DNA of 64,000 nucleotides. It comes from Nitrospinales bacterium. GTDB taxonomy: Bacteria; Nitrospinota; Nitrospinia; Nitrospinales; VA-1. Position numbers and translations under genes: made by a program. Shown here piece by piece: positions 1 through 10,777 of the stretch. The stretch is taken from the NCBI GenBank assembly GCA_965223795.1, contig CBDCXL010000002.1, positions 32,001-96,000 of the forward strand, given 5' to 3'. Within the stretch, counting starts at the first letter, position 1; every line of letters starts with the position of its first letter. The notes below the pieces were generated by a model, which was not told the DNA's origin, searched no databases, and saw only the letters and a list, made by a program, of their open reading frames with translations.

Positions 1-23
1 ATCCAGGAATGTCTGACAGGCAT
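1..23 (-). CDS. 5' end of a gene running off the window (MPVRHSW...)
   Basis: ATG at 23 with AAAGGAGG Shine-Dalgarno 5 nt upstream on the minus strand. Confidence 0.5.
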
Positions 24-276
24 GATGGCCTCCTTTCTTACCGGCATTCGGGTTCCGCAATGGGCCAGACCGGACCGGCCGGTCTGCCGCCCGGCGATCC
101 GAAACCCCGGAACCGGCACTCTCTAATCATCGCGCTCAATACCCCTGTACCCATTCAACGTAACAACTCCCCTGAATTTATACAAGCAATTTTAATCATA
201 AATTTGTGTATAACTGGGGCGATAATTTCAACAGGTTTGCGGCTCCTGAAAGGGGGTCGGATGACATTCCGGAACA

Positions 277-1059
277 TTACGGCGTGTTTTCCGATTCTCC
301 CGATTGCTGGTACTGCAGCAGCACCTCTTCCTGGGTTTCCTTGTCGGCGGCCTTGTAAATGCGGATGGTGTCGAAATGCCGGCCCTGCTGGATGCGCAGC
401 AGCTTGAGCCGCATCAGCTCGAGCAGGGCGAGGAACGTGACGATGACCTGCTGCTTCTGGTGCAGCACGGTGAACAGGGACTCGAAGGTCACGCTATCGG
501 CGGCGTTGAGGATTTCCAGGATGTGCTCGATCCGCTCCGGCACCGAGCAGTGGGTGATCCTGACTTCGTAATCCTTTTTGAACTCCTTGCTTTTCAATAT
601 GTTCTGAAAGGCGTTCAAGAGGTCGAAGACGTTGGCCTCGACCATCACCTCGCCGTTCTCGGATTCTTCCACTTCCAGTTCGCTGCCGCGCACGAACACC
701 TGCTGGCGGTCGTGCTCCTTGATGCGCAGCTCGAAGGCGGCGTCCTTGAAACGCTGGTACTCCAGCAGGCGGCGCGTCAGATCGGCGCGCGGATCGACGC
801 CCTCCTCGCCGTCCTCGCCGTCGGTCTCCTGCACCGGCAGCAGCATGCGCGATTTGATGCGGGTCAGCTCCGCCGCCATGACCAGGTACTCGCCGGCGAC
901 TTCCAGGTTGAGTTCCTCCATCAGGTCCAGGAATCCGATGTACTGGCGCGTGATTTCGGCCACGGGAATGTCGTGGATGTCCATTTTCTGCTCGCGGATC
1001 AGGTGCAGCAGAAGATCGAGCGGTCCTTCGAAGATGTCGATTTTGCACTGGTAGTTCAT
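277..1059 (-). CDS. scpA: Segregation and condensation protein A (kleisin)
   Basis: N-terminal FEGPLDLLLHLI, EYLVMAAEL..IKSRMLLP and C-terminal VIVTFLALLELMR motifs. Confidence 0.95.
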   Translation of the reverse strand: MNYQCKIDIFEGPLDLLLHLIREQKMDIHDIPVAEITRQYIGFLDLMEELNLEVAGEYLVMAAELTRIKSRMLLPVQETDGEDGEEGVDPRADLTRRLLEYQRFKDAAFELRIKEHDRQQVFVRGSELEVEESENGEVMVEANVFDLLNAFQNILKSKEFKKDYEVRITHCSVPERIEHILEILNAADSVTFESLFTVLHQKQQVIVTFLALLELMRLKLLRIQQGRHFDTIRIYKAADKETQEEVLLQYQQSGESENTP

Positions 1060-1317
1060 GATCGAGCCTGGGTGCGTGGGAAACTAGGGATGCGCGGCGG
1101 TGCGGGAAATCGGGATGCGGCGCGTGGACGGGTTCATGGTTTTATCGTGAAACGGGATCCGGTTGCAAAACGTCCGGGGGTCGCGGGAACGAGGGCGGCG
1201 CGTGACTCAAGGAACGGGAATTTTTTCAGGTTCATGTTCAGGATGCCGGAGCCGCATTGCCTGAAGCTGCGCCTTTAAAAATCTACCATGATTGAGCGTG
1301 TAAAAACAAAATAAAAA

Positions 1318-2052
1318 TCAAAGGTCTCCCCAGCGGTTCTGCAGCAGGGAAAGCGCCACCACCGGCGCGGTTTCGGCGCGCAGGATGCGCGGGCCCAGGC
1401 TCACCGGCTCGAACCCGAAACCGCGGGCGGTTTCCACTTCGCGCTGGTGGAAGCCGCCTTCGGGACCGGTCAGGCAGGCGATGCGGCCGGGCGGCGCGCC
1501 GGCAAGATCGCGCAGGCGGTTGTGCGTTTCCTCCTCCCAGAAGATCAGCTTGAGGGCGGCGCCGGCGTTGTCCTTGCAGAACGTCTCGACGGAGGCGATC
1601 CGTCCCGTCACTTCAGGAACCGTCGAGCGGCCGGACTGTTTCGCCGCCTCGCGGGCGATGCGCTGCCAGCGGGCGTTTTTTTTGGTCTCCTCGGTGCGCA
1701 GCACTTTGACGACGCAGCGCTGGGACCGCACGGGCGTGACCGCGTTCACGCCCAGTTCGACGGATTTTCGCAGCACCGTGTCGAATTTGTTTCCTTTAAG
1801 GAGCGCCTGGCCGAGATGGATCTCGACGGGCGATTCGGTGAGCGCCGGGCTTTGCGATTCGATGCGGCCGGTGACCTGCTTTGCGGCGACGCCGGTCAGG
1901 CGCACCTCGAAGCGGCTGCCCCTGCCGTCCAGCACCTGCACCGTATCTCCGGACTTGAGCCTGAGGACGGTGCGGATGTGCGACACGTCGGCGCCGCGCA
2001 GGGTGATCGTGTCGCCTGAGATGTCTTCGGGGCGCACGAAGAACCGGTGCAT
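1318..2052 (-). CDS. rsmE: 16S rRNA m3U1498 methyltransferase
   Basis: MHRFF start, HIRTVLRL, EAAKQSGR, GPEGGF and LGPRILRAETA SPOUT motifs. Confidence 0.95.
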   Translation of the reverse strand: MHRFFVRPEDISGDTITLRGADVSHIRTVLRLKSGDTVQVLDGRGSRFEVRLTGVAAKQVTGRIESQSPALTESPVEIHLGQALLKGNKFDTVLRKSVELGVNAVTPVRSQRCVVKVLRTEETKKNARWQRIAREAAKQSGRSTVPEVTGRIASVETFCKDNAGAALKLIFWEEETHNRLRDLAGAPPGRIACLTGPEGGFHQREVETARGFGFEPVSLGPRILRAETAPVVALSLLQNRWGDL

Positions 2053-2059
2053 GCCGCCC

Positions 2060-2779
2060 TCACACCTTAACGGAAACGATGTCCAGAATTTCGGTCAGGG
2101 ATTTAAACTCAAAATCGGGCTTGTCGTTGTCACCGCGGCGTTGGCCTTTGCGGTTGATCCACGCCGCCTGCATGCCGGCGTTCTGCGCTCCGGCCACGTC
2201 GTTGACCAGCTGGTCGCCGACGTACAGGATTTCGCCGGGCTCAAGCCCCAGACGGCCGGCGGCGGCCCGGAATATGGATGGATGCGGTTTGCGGTAGGGC
2301 ATTTCCGAGGAAAAGATGGAAAACTCGAAGTACCCGTCGAGGCCGCACAATTGCTGCTCGCGCCGCTTCATGAACCCCGGATTGGTGGTGTTGGAGATGA
2401 TCCCCATCGGCATCCCCGCCGCCTTGAGCCCCTGGATCGTGGGCATCGCGTCGGGATAGAGTCTGCGCGGTGCGTAGACCTCCTCGTAATAGGCCTCCAG
2501 GATCTCGCGCTCGGTGGTTTTCCCGGCGATGTCGATGGAAAATTGCAGCAGCAGGTGGTGCAGGACCTGATCGAAACCGGCTTCGCGGTGGTTCTTGCGC
2601 GATTCCGCGATCATGCCGCGAAACACGGTGTCGCACAGTTCGTAGGCGCTTTCCCAATCCGGCACGGACACGCCTTTTTCCCGTAAAAATTCGAACATGC
2701 GCTGAAACGGCCGGCGGCCGTCTTCATCGGCCAGATCGGCGAGCGTCCACGCCCAGTCAAACACCACGGCTTTGATCAA
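2060..2779 (-). CDS. HAD-superfamily hydrolase
   Basis: Motif I variant FDWAWTL, ISN, RKPHPSIF, YVGDQLVNDVAGA. Confidence 0.85.
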   Translation of the reverse strand: MIKAVVFDWAWTLADLADEDGRRPFQRMFEFLREKGVSVPDWESAYELCDTVFRGMIAESRKNHREAGFDQVLHHLLLQFSIDIAGKTTEREILEAYYEEVYAPRRLYPDAMPTIQGLKAAGMPMGIISNTTNPGFMKRREQQLCGLDGYFEFSIFSSEMPYRKPHPSIFRAAAGRLGLEPGEILYVGDQLVNDVAGAQNAGMQAAWINRKGQRRGDNDKPDFEFKSLTEILDIVSVKV

Positions 2780-3111
2780 TGGTCCTGTCCTCTTAGAATG
2801 TTTATTTTGTTATCCGGCTTTTTGCCAGCCGGGCTTTCACCATGCTCGGGAATGTGCGGTTAACCCCCTATATATTCGCAGGTTATATAGTCATTTCCGC
2901 GTCTGAAGCGAAACGATGCGGTCAACCGTCCGTCAGGAAAGGATTATTTTCGCAGCCACGCTGAATGGCCCTTGCCATGACCGGAGATACGAAGTACGAT
3001 TTGGAAATAGCCGCACCGCATCCCCTATTTGCATGATAAGACAGAATTTCCGATCCTGGAAATAAAAAATTCAATCCGCCGGGCATAAGGCCGCAAACGC
3101 CGGGAACGGCC

Positions 3112-3657
3112 ATGGAAACTGAAATCCCCAACATCAGAAGGCTGCCTCTGAGTGCCCAGAACCATCAGCAGATGATTCAGGATGCGCTGGACCGGGGCTG
3201 CAGCCGGGCGAAGATCATCGAAATCGGCACCATCGCGATCCGCCCCTGGGTGAAGCTGCAATGCCAGTTCGGATGCACGCATTACGGAAAGCTGCTGACC
3301 TGCCCGCCATTCACGCCGCACGCCGACGAGATGTCGGAAATCCTGCTCGACTACCGCAAAGCCATCCTGATGCACATCGGGCCGGACTCGAACCTGCGGG
3401 AAGTCGTGATCGGCCTGGAAGAAAGCTGCAAATCGCGCGGGTTTTACAAGGCGTTCGCCCTGTGCTCCGGCCCCTGCGACATCTGCGAAGTCTGCACGGT
3501 GGACACGCTGTGCAAATATCCCGAAAAGACCCGCCCCACCCTTCAGGCCTGCGGTATTGACGTGCACAGCACGGTGTCCAATAATGGATGGGGGGATCTT
3601 GAAAATCTGTCTCCCTGCGGCCAGGAAAACAACATCGGCATGGTGCTGCTCGACTGA
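3112..3657 (+). CDS. Cys-rich predicted metal-binding protein (DUF2284-like)
   Basis: CQFGC..YGK..TCPP, GPCDICEVC, C.YPEKTRP...ACGIDV pattern. Confidence 0.8.
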   Translation: METEIPNIRRLPLSAQNHQQMIQDALDRGCSRAKIIEIGTIAIRPWVKLQCQFGCTHYGKLLTCPPFTPHADEMSEILLDYRKAILMHIGPDSNLREVVIGLEESCKSRGFYKAFALCSGPCDICEVCTVDTLCKYPEKTRPTLQACGIDVHSTVSNNGWGDLENLSPCGQENNIGMVLLD

Positions 3658-3728
3658 GCGGGCCATCCGTTCCCTCCGCCGTTCCACGATCCGAACACAA
3701 CTCAAATCTTTTTCTTGAAAGCGACACC

Positions 3729-4901
3729 ATGGGATACCACTACGCGGTTTTAGGGGCGGGACGTCAGGGTCTGGCCGCGGCCTACGATCTGGGCCGGTTC
3801 GGGGATGCGGAGCGCATCCGCCTGTTCGACATCGACGCCGGTGCGGCGCAGGCGGGCGCGGAGCGGCTGAACCGGCTGCTGGACACCAATATCTATTCCG
3901 GATCGGCGCTGGACGTTGCCGACGAAAACGCGCTCACCGCCGCGCTCAAAGGCATGAACGCCATCGTCAGCGCGGTGCCGTTCCAGTTCAATCTGGCGAT
4001 CACCCGGGCGGCGGTGCAGTGCGGCTCCAGCCTGTGCGACCTCGGCGGACACACGGACACGGTGCGCGAGCAGCTCAAGCTCGACGCGGCGGCACGCGAG
4101 GCGGGCGTCACCGTCACGCCGGACTGCGGCATGGGGCCGGGCCTCAACATCTCGATGGGGGTGATGGCGCTGTCCTTCGTCGAGGAACCCGAAGACGTGC
4201 TGATCTGGGACGGCGGGCTGCCGCAGAACCCGAAACCGCCCTGGCACTACGAGCTGGCGTTCCACATCAACGGGCTGACGAACGAGTATTACGGCGACGC
4301 GTATTTTCTGCGCGGCGGCAAGGTGACGCCGGTAGCCTGCCTCACCGAGCTGGAAACGCTTGAGTTCGATGCGCCGCTGGGAACGCTGGAAGCGGCGGTG
4401 ACCTCCGGCGGGCTGTCGACGGCGCCGTGGACGTTCGAGGGCAAACTCAAACGGCTGGAGAACAAAACGCTGCGTTATCCCGGCCACTGGGATCAGTTCA
4501 CCGCGTTTCAGAAACTGGGTCTGTTCGAAGAGGAAAAAATTCCGGTGGACGGCGTTTCGGTGTCGCCGCGCGCGCTCTACCACGCGCTGCTGGAACCGAA
4601 GATCGTGCCTGAAAACATCCAGGACATCTGCGTCATCCGCACGCGCTGCAACGGCAGGACCGAGGGCAAGGCCGCGTCCTGCACGCTGGAGCTGATCGAA
4701 ACGCACGACGCCGACACCGGCTTCACGGCGATGGAAAAGCTCACCGGCTGGCACGCGGCCATGGTGGCGATTCTGTCCGCGCGCGGCGGCATCGCCCGCG
4801 GCGCGGTGCCGGTGGAGACGGCGCTGACGGCGGAAGCGCTGGCAAAGGAAGCGCCGCTGCGTGGCTGGAAGATCAAAAACAACACGGTGGTGGGAGAGTG
4901 A
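3729..4901 (+). CDS. Saccharopine/lysine dehydrogenase family oxidoreductase
   Basis: GAGRQG Rossmann motif, DLGG, DCGMGPG, GGLPQ.P.PP, NKTLRYPGH, TAMEKLTG. Confidence 0.85.
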   Translation: MGYHYAVLGAGRQGLAAAYDLGRFGDAERIRLFDIDAGAAQAGAERLNRLLDTNIYSGSALDVADENALTAALKGMNAIVSAVPFQFNLAITRAAVQCGSSLCDLGGHTDTVREQLKLDAAAREAGVTVTPDCGMGPGLNISMGVMALSFVEEPEDVLIWDGGLPQNPKPPWHYELAFHINGLTNEYYGDAYFLRGGKVTPVACLTELETLEFDAPLGTLEAAVTSGGLSTAPWTFEGKLKRLENKTLRYPGHWDQFTAFQKLGLFEEEKIPVDGVSVSPRALYHALLEPKIVPENIQDICVIRTRCNGRTEGKAASCTLELIETHDADTGFTAMEKLTGWHAAMVAILSARGGIARGAVPVETALTAEALAKEAPLRGWKIKNNTVVGE

Positions 4902-4913
4902 GTTTTCCCGCTG

Positions 4914-5714
4914 TCAGGGAGCCGGCAGCAGTTCCTGGGTCTTGCCGGTGATCCGGTAAATGAACAGGCCCGCCCACTCGTGCAGGGCGCTGGACACCAG
5001 CCCCACGCGGGACAGGCCCGGCCAGGCCCAGTCCGCCGTGAGGCTGCCGGAGCTGTCGTAGTCCACGGGATAGGCGAGCACGTTCCAGCCGATGTTGCGG
5101 AACACGCCCACCGCGCGCGGGATGTGGCTGGCGGAGGTGACCAGCAGCCAGGTCTCCTCCGGTTTGGGCTTGGCCAGCGCGTACGCGTTTTTGGCGTTCT
5201 CGATGGTGTTGCGGGAATTGGATTCGAACTGCACGCGGTCGAGGTCCAGACCCAGCTCCGTGAACAGCTTGCGCGCGGTCTCGGTGCTGCTCAGGTGCTG
5301 CTTGGCCATGTTGCCGATGCCGCCGGTGTGAACCAGGCGGGCTTTCGGATAGCGCCGGGCGAGGGCGACGGACGCGGTCAGCCGTTCGCCCGCCTCGGTG
5401 AACGACGCCTGGTTGCGGGCCGCGGTGATGTGGGACATCTCGGCGCCGCCGAGCACGACGATCCCGGCGACGTTTTCCGGCATGGGGTCGGGCTGCGGAA
5501 ACCGGTTCTCCAGCGGCTTGAGCAGCAGGCTGTCCAGCGGCAGCAACGCGAACAGCATCAGCAGGGACGCGGCGACGGCGAGGATTTTTTTTCCCAGCGC
5601 TTGTCTCTGCGTCCACAGCAGGCCGGTGCCCACCACGAACAGGATGAACAGCAGCTTGTCCGGCGATGCGATCAGCCAGAAGATCTTCGCGGCCACCCAG
5701 AACAGGGTTTCCAT
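4914..5714 (-). CDS. YdcF/ElyC (DUF218) family membrane protein
   Basis: IVVLGG, ESNSRNTIENA, LLVTSASHIPRA, LHEW motifs with N-terminal TM helices. Confidence 0.9.
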   Translation of the reverse strand: METLFWVAAKIFWLIASPDKLLFILFVVGTGLLWTQRQALGKKILAVAASLLMLFALLPLDSLLLKPLENRFPQPDPMPENVAGIVVLGGAEMSHITAARNQASFTEAGERLTASVALARRYPKARLVHTGGIGNMAKQHLSSTETARKLFTELGLDLDRVQFESNSRNTIENAKNAYALAKPKPEETWLLVTSASHIPRAVGVFRNIGWNVLAYPVDYDSSGSLTADWAWPGLSRVGLVSSALHEWAGLFIYRITGKTQELLPAP

Positions 5715-5761
5715 AGAGTCCTTTCTTTAAAATGCAATGAGGTTCGCGGCGCGGGTGCGGC

Positions 5762-6979
5762 TCAACGTTTCGCGAGCTGCCGCAGTTCCTGCAGGTCCGC
5801 GCCGTTGTATCCCAGGAAGTAGAGGATGAGTTCCAGGTTGGACGTGGTGATGCTGGCGCGGGCGTGCTGCTCGACGATGGGCTTGGCGTTGAAGGCGATG
5901 CCGAGCCCGGCGCGCGCCAGCATGTGGATGTCGTTGGCGCCGTCGCCCACGGCGACCACCTGCTGCAAAGAGAGCCCGTCCCGATCGGCGATGGCGTCGA
6001 GGATCTTCTCCTTGGCGCGCGCGTCGACGATCTCTCCCTCCAGCTCCCCGGTCACTTTGCCGTCCTCGATCCCAAGCTGGTTGGCGATGCCGTGATGCAG
6101 GCCGTATTTCTTGCGCAGCCGGTCGATGAAAAACTGGAACCCGCCGCTGACGATGGCGACCTTGTAGCCCAGGTGCTTGAGGATGCCGACCAGGTCCTCG
6201 GCTCCGGGGGTCAGGGGAATGCGGTCGGCCAGCGCTTCCAGCTTGTCCACGGACAGCCCGCGCAGCAGGCGCACCCGCTGCCGCAGCGCCGCTTCGAAAT
6301 CCATCGTCCCCTCCATCGCCCGATGCGTGATGGCGGCCATCTGTTCGCCGACGCCCGCCAGTTTGCCCAGCTCGTCGATCACCTCACATTGTAAAAAAGT
6401 CATGTCCGCGTCGAACACGATCAGCCGCTTGTTGCGGCGGAACAGGGTGTCGTCCTGCACGGCGAGATCGATGCGGAAGGCCTTCTTGAATTCCATGAGC
6501 GCGTTGAACACGTCGACACTGGAATGCGCCTCGCGGGTGCCGATGACGAACTCGAGCACGTGCTGGTCGCCGTAGTCGAGCTGCTCGATGCGCAGGATAT
6601 TGATGTCGCGCGCGGCCAGGTCGCGCGTCAGCTCCAGCAGCACCGGCGCTTCGATGGTGTCGCGCAGCAGCGTCACGACCGAGCGGTGGCTGTAGGGCGC
6701 GTCGGGCCGGTTGCCGGATTCCCAGGGCGTGACGCCGATCTTGAGCCCGGCCTTTTCTCCGTAAGCGGCCAGTTCCCGCTTGAGCGGGCCGATGGCGTCC
6801 GCGTCCCTGCCGTCCAGCAGAATGGACAGGTTCAGCAGGCCGTTGAACACGAACTGCTTGATGTCGAGCACGGTCCAGTTCTGCCGCACGATGTGTTCGA
6901 GCGTTTCGGCGAGGATGCCCGGCCGGTCCTCCATCGAGATGTGAATGTGCAGCTGGCAGTGTTTGGCGATGGTTTCCAT
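5762..6979 (-). CDS. serB: Phosphoserine phosphatase with N-terminal ACT domains
   Basis: ACT motif EDRPGI, FDADMT, VSGGF, VGDGAND, FNAKP; start chosen at METIAK just after the upstream stop. Confidence 0.92.
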   Translation of the reverse strand: METIAKHCQLHIHISMEDRPGILAETLEHIVRQNWTVLDIKQFVFNGLLNLSILLDGRDADAIGPLKRELAAYGEKAGLKIGVTPWESGNRPDAPYSHRSVVTLLRDTIEAPVLLELTRDLAARDINILRIEQLDYGDQHVLEFVIGTREAHSSVDVFNALMEFKKAFRIDLAVQDDTLFRRNKRLIVFDADMTFLQCEVIDELGKLAGVGEQMAAITHRAMEGTMDFEAALRQRVRLLRGLSVDKLEALADRIPLTPGAEDLVGILKHLGYKVAIVSGGFQFFIDRLRKKYGLHHGIANQLGIEDGKVTGELEGEIVDARAKEKILDAIADRDGLSLQQVVAVGDGANDIHMLARAGLGIAFNAKPIVEQHARASITTSNLELILYFLGYNGADLQELRQLAKR

Positions 6980-6983
6980 GGCG

Positions 6984-7439
6984 TCAGTCGCGGGACTTGT
7001 AGCGCCACCCTTCCCGTTTTTTGCAGGACCAGCCGTCGTGCAGCTGAAACACCGAGAGGCTGTCCAGCGTTGCGGAATTGAACAGGGCCACAATCCCGGC
7101 CCCTTCGATGGGATTGTTGCGGATGTGCAGCCGCTTCAAGAGAGGCAGGCATTGGGATTGCGCGAGGTGAATCAGGCCCGCGTCGGTGATGCCGTTGTTG
7201 TTGAGGTTCAGGTACTGAACCTGGCTCAGGTATTCGCACTGCGCCAGTTCCTTCACGCCCTCGTCGCCCAGCCGGTTCTCGTCGAGATCGAGCCAGTTGA
7301 TGTTCCGCATGATTTCGGAGCGCCAAAGATGGCGCGCGTCCTCCGGGCCGAGGCCGATGCCGCTCAGCATCATCTGGTTGCCGCGCATGCGGCCCTCGAA
7401 GATGGCCTCGGCGCTTTCGTATTTCGTCTTTGCGTTCAT
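6984..7439 (-). CDS. Small leucine-rich-repeat protein (RI-like)
   Basis: 28-aa repeats LDLDENRLGDEGVKELA / LNLNNNGITDAGLIHLA / LHIRNNPIEGAGIVALF. Confidence 0.8.
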   Translation of the reverse strand: MNAKTKYESAEAIFEGRMRGNQMMLSGIGLGPEDARHLWRSEIMRNINWLDLDENRLGDEGVKELAQCEYLSQVQYLNLNNNGITDAGLIHLAQSQCLPLLKRLHIRNNPIEGAGIVALFNSATLDSLSVFQLHDGWSCKKREGWRYKSRD

Positions 7440-7523
7440 CGCTGCCTTTGTGTTGTGCCTAAAAGGTTTATTAATATCGAAAAATTGCCTCCGGAACAAG
7501 GACGCATTGCAAAAAGAACGGCT

Positions 7524-8831
7524 TCAGCCGCGATCGTCGGTTTCGGAGTCCGGATTCGCCGTGTCCGGCGGGACGTATTTGCGGCCCTTGAGCTCCTTCG
7601 GCAGGTATTCCTGATCGACTTTGCCGCCGGGGTGGTCGTGCGGGTACTTGTAGTCCACGCCGTAGCCGTATTTTTTGGCGTCGCGGTAATGCGCATCCTT
7701 GAGATGATCGGGCACCGGGTAGGATTCGCCCTTGTTCTGGATGTCGTCGAGGGCCCGGTCGATGGCCTGGATCGCCGTGTTGTCCTTGGGCGCGCGGGCG
7801 ACGTAGATCACCGCCTCGGCCAGCGGGATGCGCGCCTCCGGCCAGCCCAGCCGCTCGACCGCATCGGCGGCGGCGTTGGCGATCACCAGCGCCTGCGGGT
7901 CCGCCAGCCCGACGTCCTCGGCGGCGGTGACGACGAGGCGGCGCGTGATGAACCGGGGGTCCTCGCCGCCGGCGATCATCTTCGCCAGCCAGTAGATGGC
8001 GGCGTCCGGGTCGGAGCCGCGCAGACTCTTCTGGAACGCCGAGGCGTGGTCGTAGTGCTCGGTGCCGTCTTTTTCGTACAGCACGGCGGCGCGCTGGATG
8101 ATCCCGGCGATGGTTTCTTTATCGATGGGCGCGGCTTCCTCACCACCTTGAGCCAGGTCCGCCGCGGCTTCGAGCACGTTGAGGGCGCGGCGGGCGTCGC
8201 CGTTGGCGTGGCTGACGATCAGGTTGAGCGCGTCCTCGTCGAACGCCAGGGCCTTGTCTCCCAGGCCGCGCTGCTTGTCGCTAAGAGCGCGGTCCAGAAG
8301 CGCGCGGATGCCCTCGCGCGGCAGGTATTCCAGCCGGAAGATCTGGCAGCGCGAACGCAGCGCCGGGATGACCTCGTGCGAGGGGTTTTCGGTGGTCGAG
8401 CCGACCAGGCGCAGGGTGCCGTTTTCCACGTGCGGCAGCACGGCGTCCTGCTGCGCCTTGTTGAAGCGGTGGATCTCGTCGATGAACAGCAGCGTGCGGC
8501 CGCCGGAGGCCTTGCGGCGCTTTTCCGCCTGCTGCACGATCCTGCGGATGTCGGCGACGCCGGCGTTGACGGCGCTGATCTCGTGAAAGTCGCTCTTCGT
8601 CAGGCGCGCGGTGATTCTGGCGAGCGTGGTCTTGCCGGAGCCGGGCGGCCCCCAGAGGATGAAGGAAAACCCGGACGCGTTCTCGATGAGGCGGCGCAGC
8701 GGTTTGCCCTTCCCCACCAGATGCTCCTGGCCGAGGAATTCCGCAAAATCCGCGGGACGCATGCGGTCGGGAAGCGGCGCTCCGCCTGGGGCCGCGCCCG
8801 GCGCTTCTTCGTATTCGGGAAACAGTTCCAT
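7524..8831 (-). CDS. rarA: Replication-associated recombination protein A
   Basis: PLPDRMRP, Walker A GPPGSGKTT, FIDEIHRFNKAQQD, SAFQKSLRGSDPDAA, EDVGLADP. Confidence 0.95.
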   Translation of the reverse strand: MELFPEYEEAPGAAPGGAPLPDRMRPADFAEFLGQEHLVGKGKPLRRLIENASGFSFILWGPPGSGKTTLARITARLTKSDFHEISAVNAGVADIRRIVQQAEKRRKASGGRTLLFIDEIHRFNKAQQDAVLPHVENGTLRLVGSTTENPSHEVIPALRSRCQIFRLEYLPREGIRALLDRALSDKQRGLGDKALAFDEDALNLIVSHANGDARRALNVLEAAADLAQGGEEAAPIDKETIAGIIQRAAVLYEKDGTEHYDHASAFQKSLRGSDPDAAIYWLAKMIAGGEDPRFITRRLVVTAAEDVGLADPQALVIANAAADAVERLGWPEARIPLAEAVIYVARAPKDNTAIQAIDRALDDIQNKGESYPVPDHLKDAHYRDAKKYGYGVDYKYPHDHPGGKVDQEYLPKELKGRKYVPPDTANPDSETDDRG

Positions 8832-8865
8832 GGGTCGTGCCCCCGGCGTATCGGCGGGCTCAGGA

Positions 8866-10548
8866 TCAGACGTCCATCTTCTTCAAGGCTTCGATGCCGC
8901 GCTGAAGCGGCAGGAAGGTGACGGCCAGGGTCAGGACAACGATCAGGGTGTAGCAGATGGGAACGTCCAGGCCGCCCACGCTTTTGAACAGGAATTTTTC
9001 GTTGAAATGCACGTACATGGGCCTGCCGACCAGCATCAGCACGCCGCCGATGTACGCGAGGCTGGTGGTCATGTACAGGATGCCGCCGGTGCCGGCGGGG
9101 ATTTCGGAAATGTTCTCGTGCTCGAACATGGGATACATGGCGCCCAGTCCGAGCCCCAGCCCCACAAGGCCCGCGGTGATCAGCAACATGGCAACGATGG
9201 AAACATTCATAACATAGGCGTCCACCTGAAGCAACCAGTTGGAAACGACGACCAGAAACTCGGACACCAGCAGCAGCGGCGGAAAAAACATCCAGAACTT
9301 GCTCCACAGAAATTTCTTCATTTCCACGGGCGCGGTGTAGATGGTCCAGATCTTTTTGCCCTCGATGCTGGTGGCGGTGAACACGAAGCGCGAGCACAGC
9401 GCCGACAGCACGAAGCCGACGAGGCCGATGTTGAGCACGGAGACGACGTTTTTCAGGACCACGTTGTGCAGCGGCAGGTTCATGATGTTGAAGATGTAGA
9501 CGAACACCAGCGCGCACAGGATGAAGACCTGCGACCACTGCTCCGGATCGCGGGCGAACACGCGCAGGTCTTTCATCAGTAGCGCGCGCCGTTCGGGAGA
9601 CACGGGCAGATGCCGCAGCCAGCCGCTCAGCCTGAACGCGGAACCGGTTCCGGTGGCCGGGGCGTTTTTGACCTCCTGCATCATGCACCAGCCGTCGAAA
9701 TAGATCTTGCGGGCGATCGCCCACAGCACCACCAGCAGTCCCGCCGCCGCGCCGTACAGATAGAGGATTTGCATCCAGGACGTGTTCGTGTCGCCGCCGA
9801 CCCAGCTTGCCAAACCGAGCGTGATCCAGCTGCTTGGCAGGAAGGGGAAATCGGGCACCTTGAGGCTTTCGACGAACAGCATGATCTGCGCGTCGGACAC
9901 TTCGCGGCCGAAAAACTTTTCCGGAGACAGGAAGCGGATGTACACGATCACCCCCACCAGGAACACCAGCCCCAGAAAGGAAAGCACCTGGTGCGCCTTC
10001 TTGGTCGGGAAATAGCGCATCAAAAGCAGAATGAAAGCGCAGCCGGCGATGCAGGGAATCATCACGTAGGGCACGATGCCGCCCAGCAGGTAAACGTAAT
10101 ATTGCCAATCGACGGCATAAAACTGGCCGTAGGCGATGAAGATGGGCAGGCCGAACAGCAGCACCATCCACGAGCTGTGCAGCACGACCTGGTACAAACG
10201 GGCGAAAAACACGGTCCCTGTCGGCAGCGGCAGGGAATGCGTGAGCGGCAGGTCGCGCGCCAGAAAGAACACCGACAACGAAACGATGAGGCTGGAGAAC
10301 AGCACCATCACCATGAGGGTGAGGAACACGACGTTCAGCAGCTGCACGATCAGCTCCTCGCCGACGTTGAGCGGCAGGCCGTCGAGGTAACGGATGATGC
10401 GCAGGAAGAACCAGTAATCCGCCGCGACGAACGCCGCCGCCAGAACCGAGATGAGCGCAAAGCGGGATCGTTTGCCGCGCGACGGCCGGGTGATGCTGTT
10501 TCTGAAAGAAAGCCAGCGAAGCCTGAGCAGGGTCGCGAACTGCCCCAT
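8866..10548 (-). CDS. Polytopic membrane protein, putative ABC-2-type exporter permease
   Basis: Many TM helices with duplicated SLPL / SIEG..W....AP loops; start at MGQF with AAGGA RBS. Confidence 0.75.
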   Translation of the reverse strand: MGQFATLLRLRWLSFRNSITRPSRGKRSRFALISVLAAAFVAADYWFFLRIIRYLDGLPLNVGEELIVQLLNVVFLTLMVMVLFSSLIVSLSVFFLARDLPLTHSLPLPTGTVFFARLYQVVLHSSWMVLLFGLPIFIAYGQFYAVDWQYYVYLLGGIVPYVMIPCIAGCAFILLLMRYFPTKKAHQVLSFLGLVFLVGVIVYIRFLSPEKFFGREVSDAQIMLFVESLKVPDFPFLPSSWITLGLASWVGGDTNTSWMQILYLYGAAAGLLVVLWAIARKIYFDGWCMMQEVKNAPATGTGSAFRLSGWLRHLPVSPERRALLMKDLRVFARDPEQWSQVFILCALVFVYIFNIMNLPLHNVVLKNVVSVLNIGLVGFVLSALCSRFVFTATSIEGKKIWTIYTAPVEMKKFLWSKFWMFFPPLLLVSEFLVVVSNWLLQVDAYVMNVSIVAMLLITAGLVGLGLGLGAMYPMFEHENISEIPAGTGGILYMTTSLAYIGGVLMLVGRPMYVHFNEKFLFKSVGGLDVPICYTLIVVLTLAVTFLPLQRGIEALKKMDV

Positions 10549-10777
10549 GAAATCGTCCTTTCCAACTGTGAGACCGGGATGCACCACGGGAAATAAAGCC
10601 GGATTTTCGTCTTTCAGAATCGCACAGGATTGTGCCCCAGACAACTATTTTTCAATAGGTTATGGCCAATCCGGCAGGCGGCGCGGGCGGCGGATTTCGG
10701 GCATTTCGAAAAGCGCTGAAAATGCGGGGGAAATTTAGAAAGAACGTGGGATTGTCGGATCGAAAGTTGAAAATATT

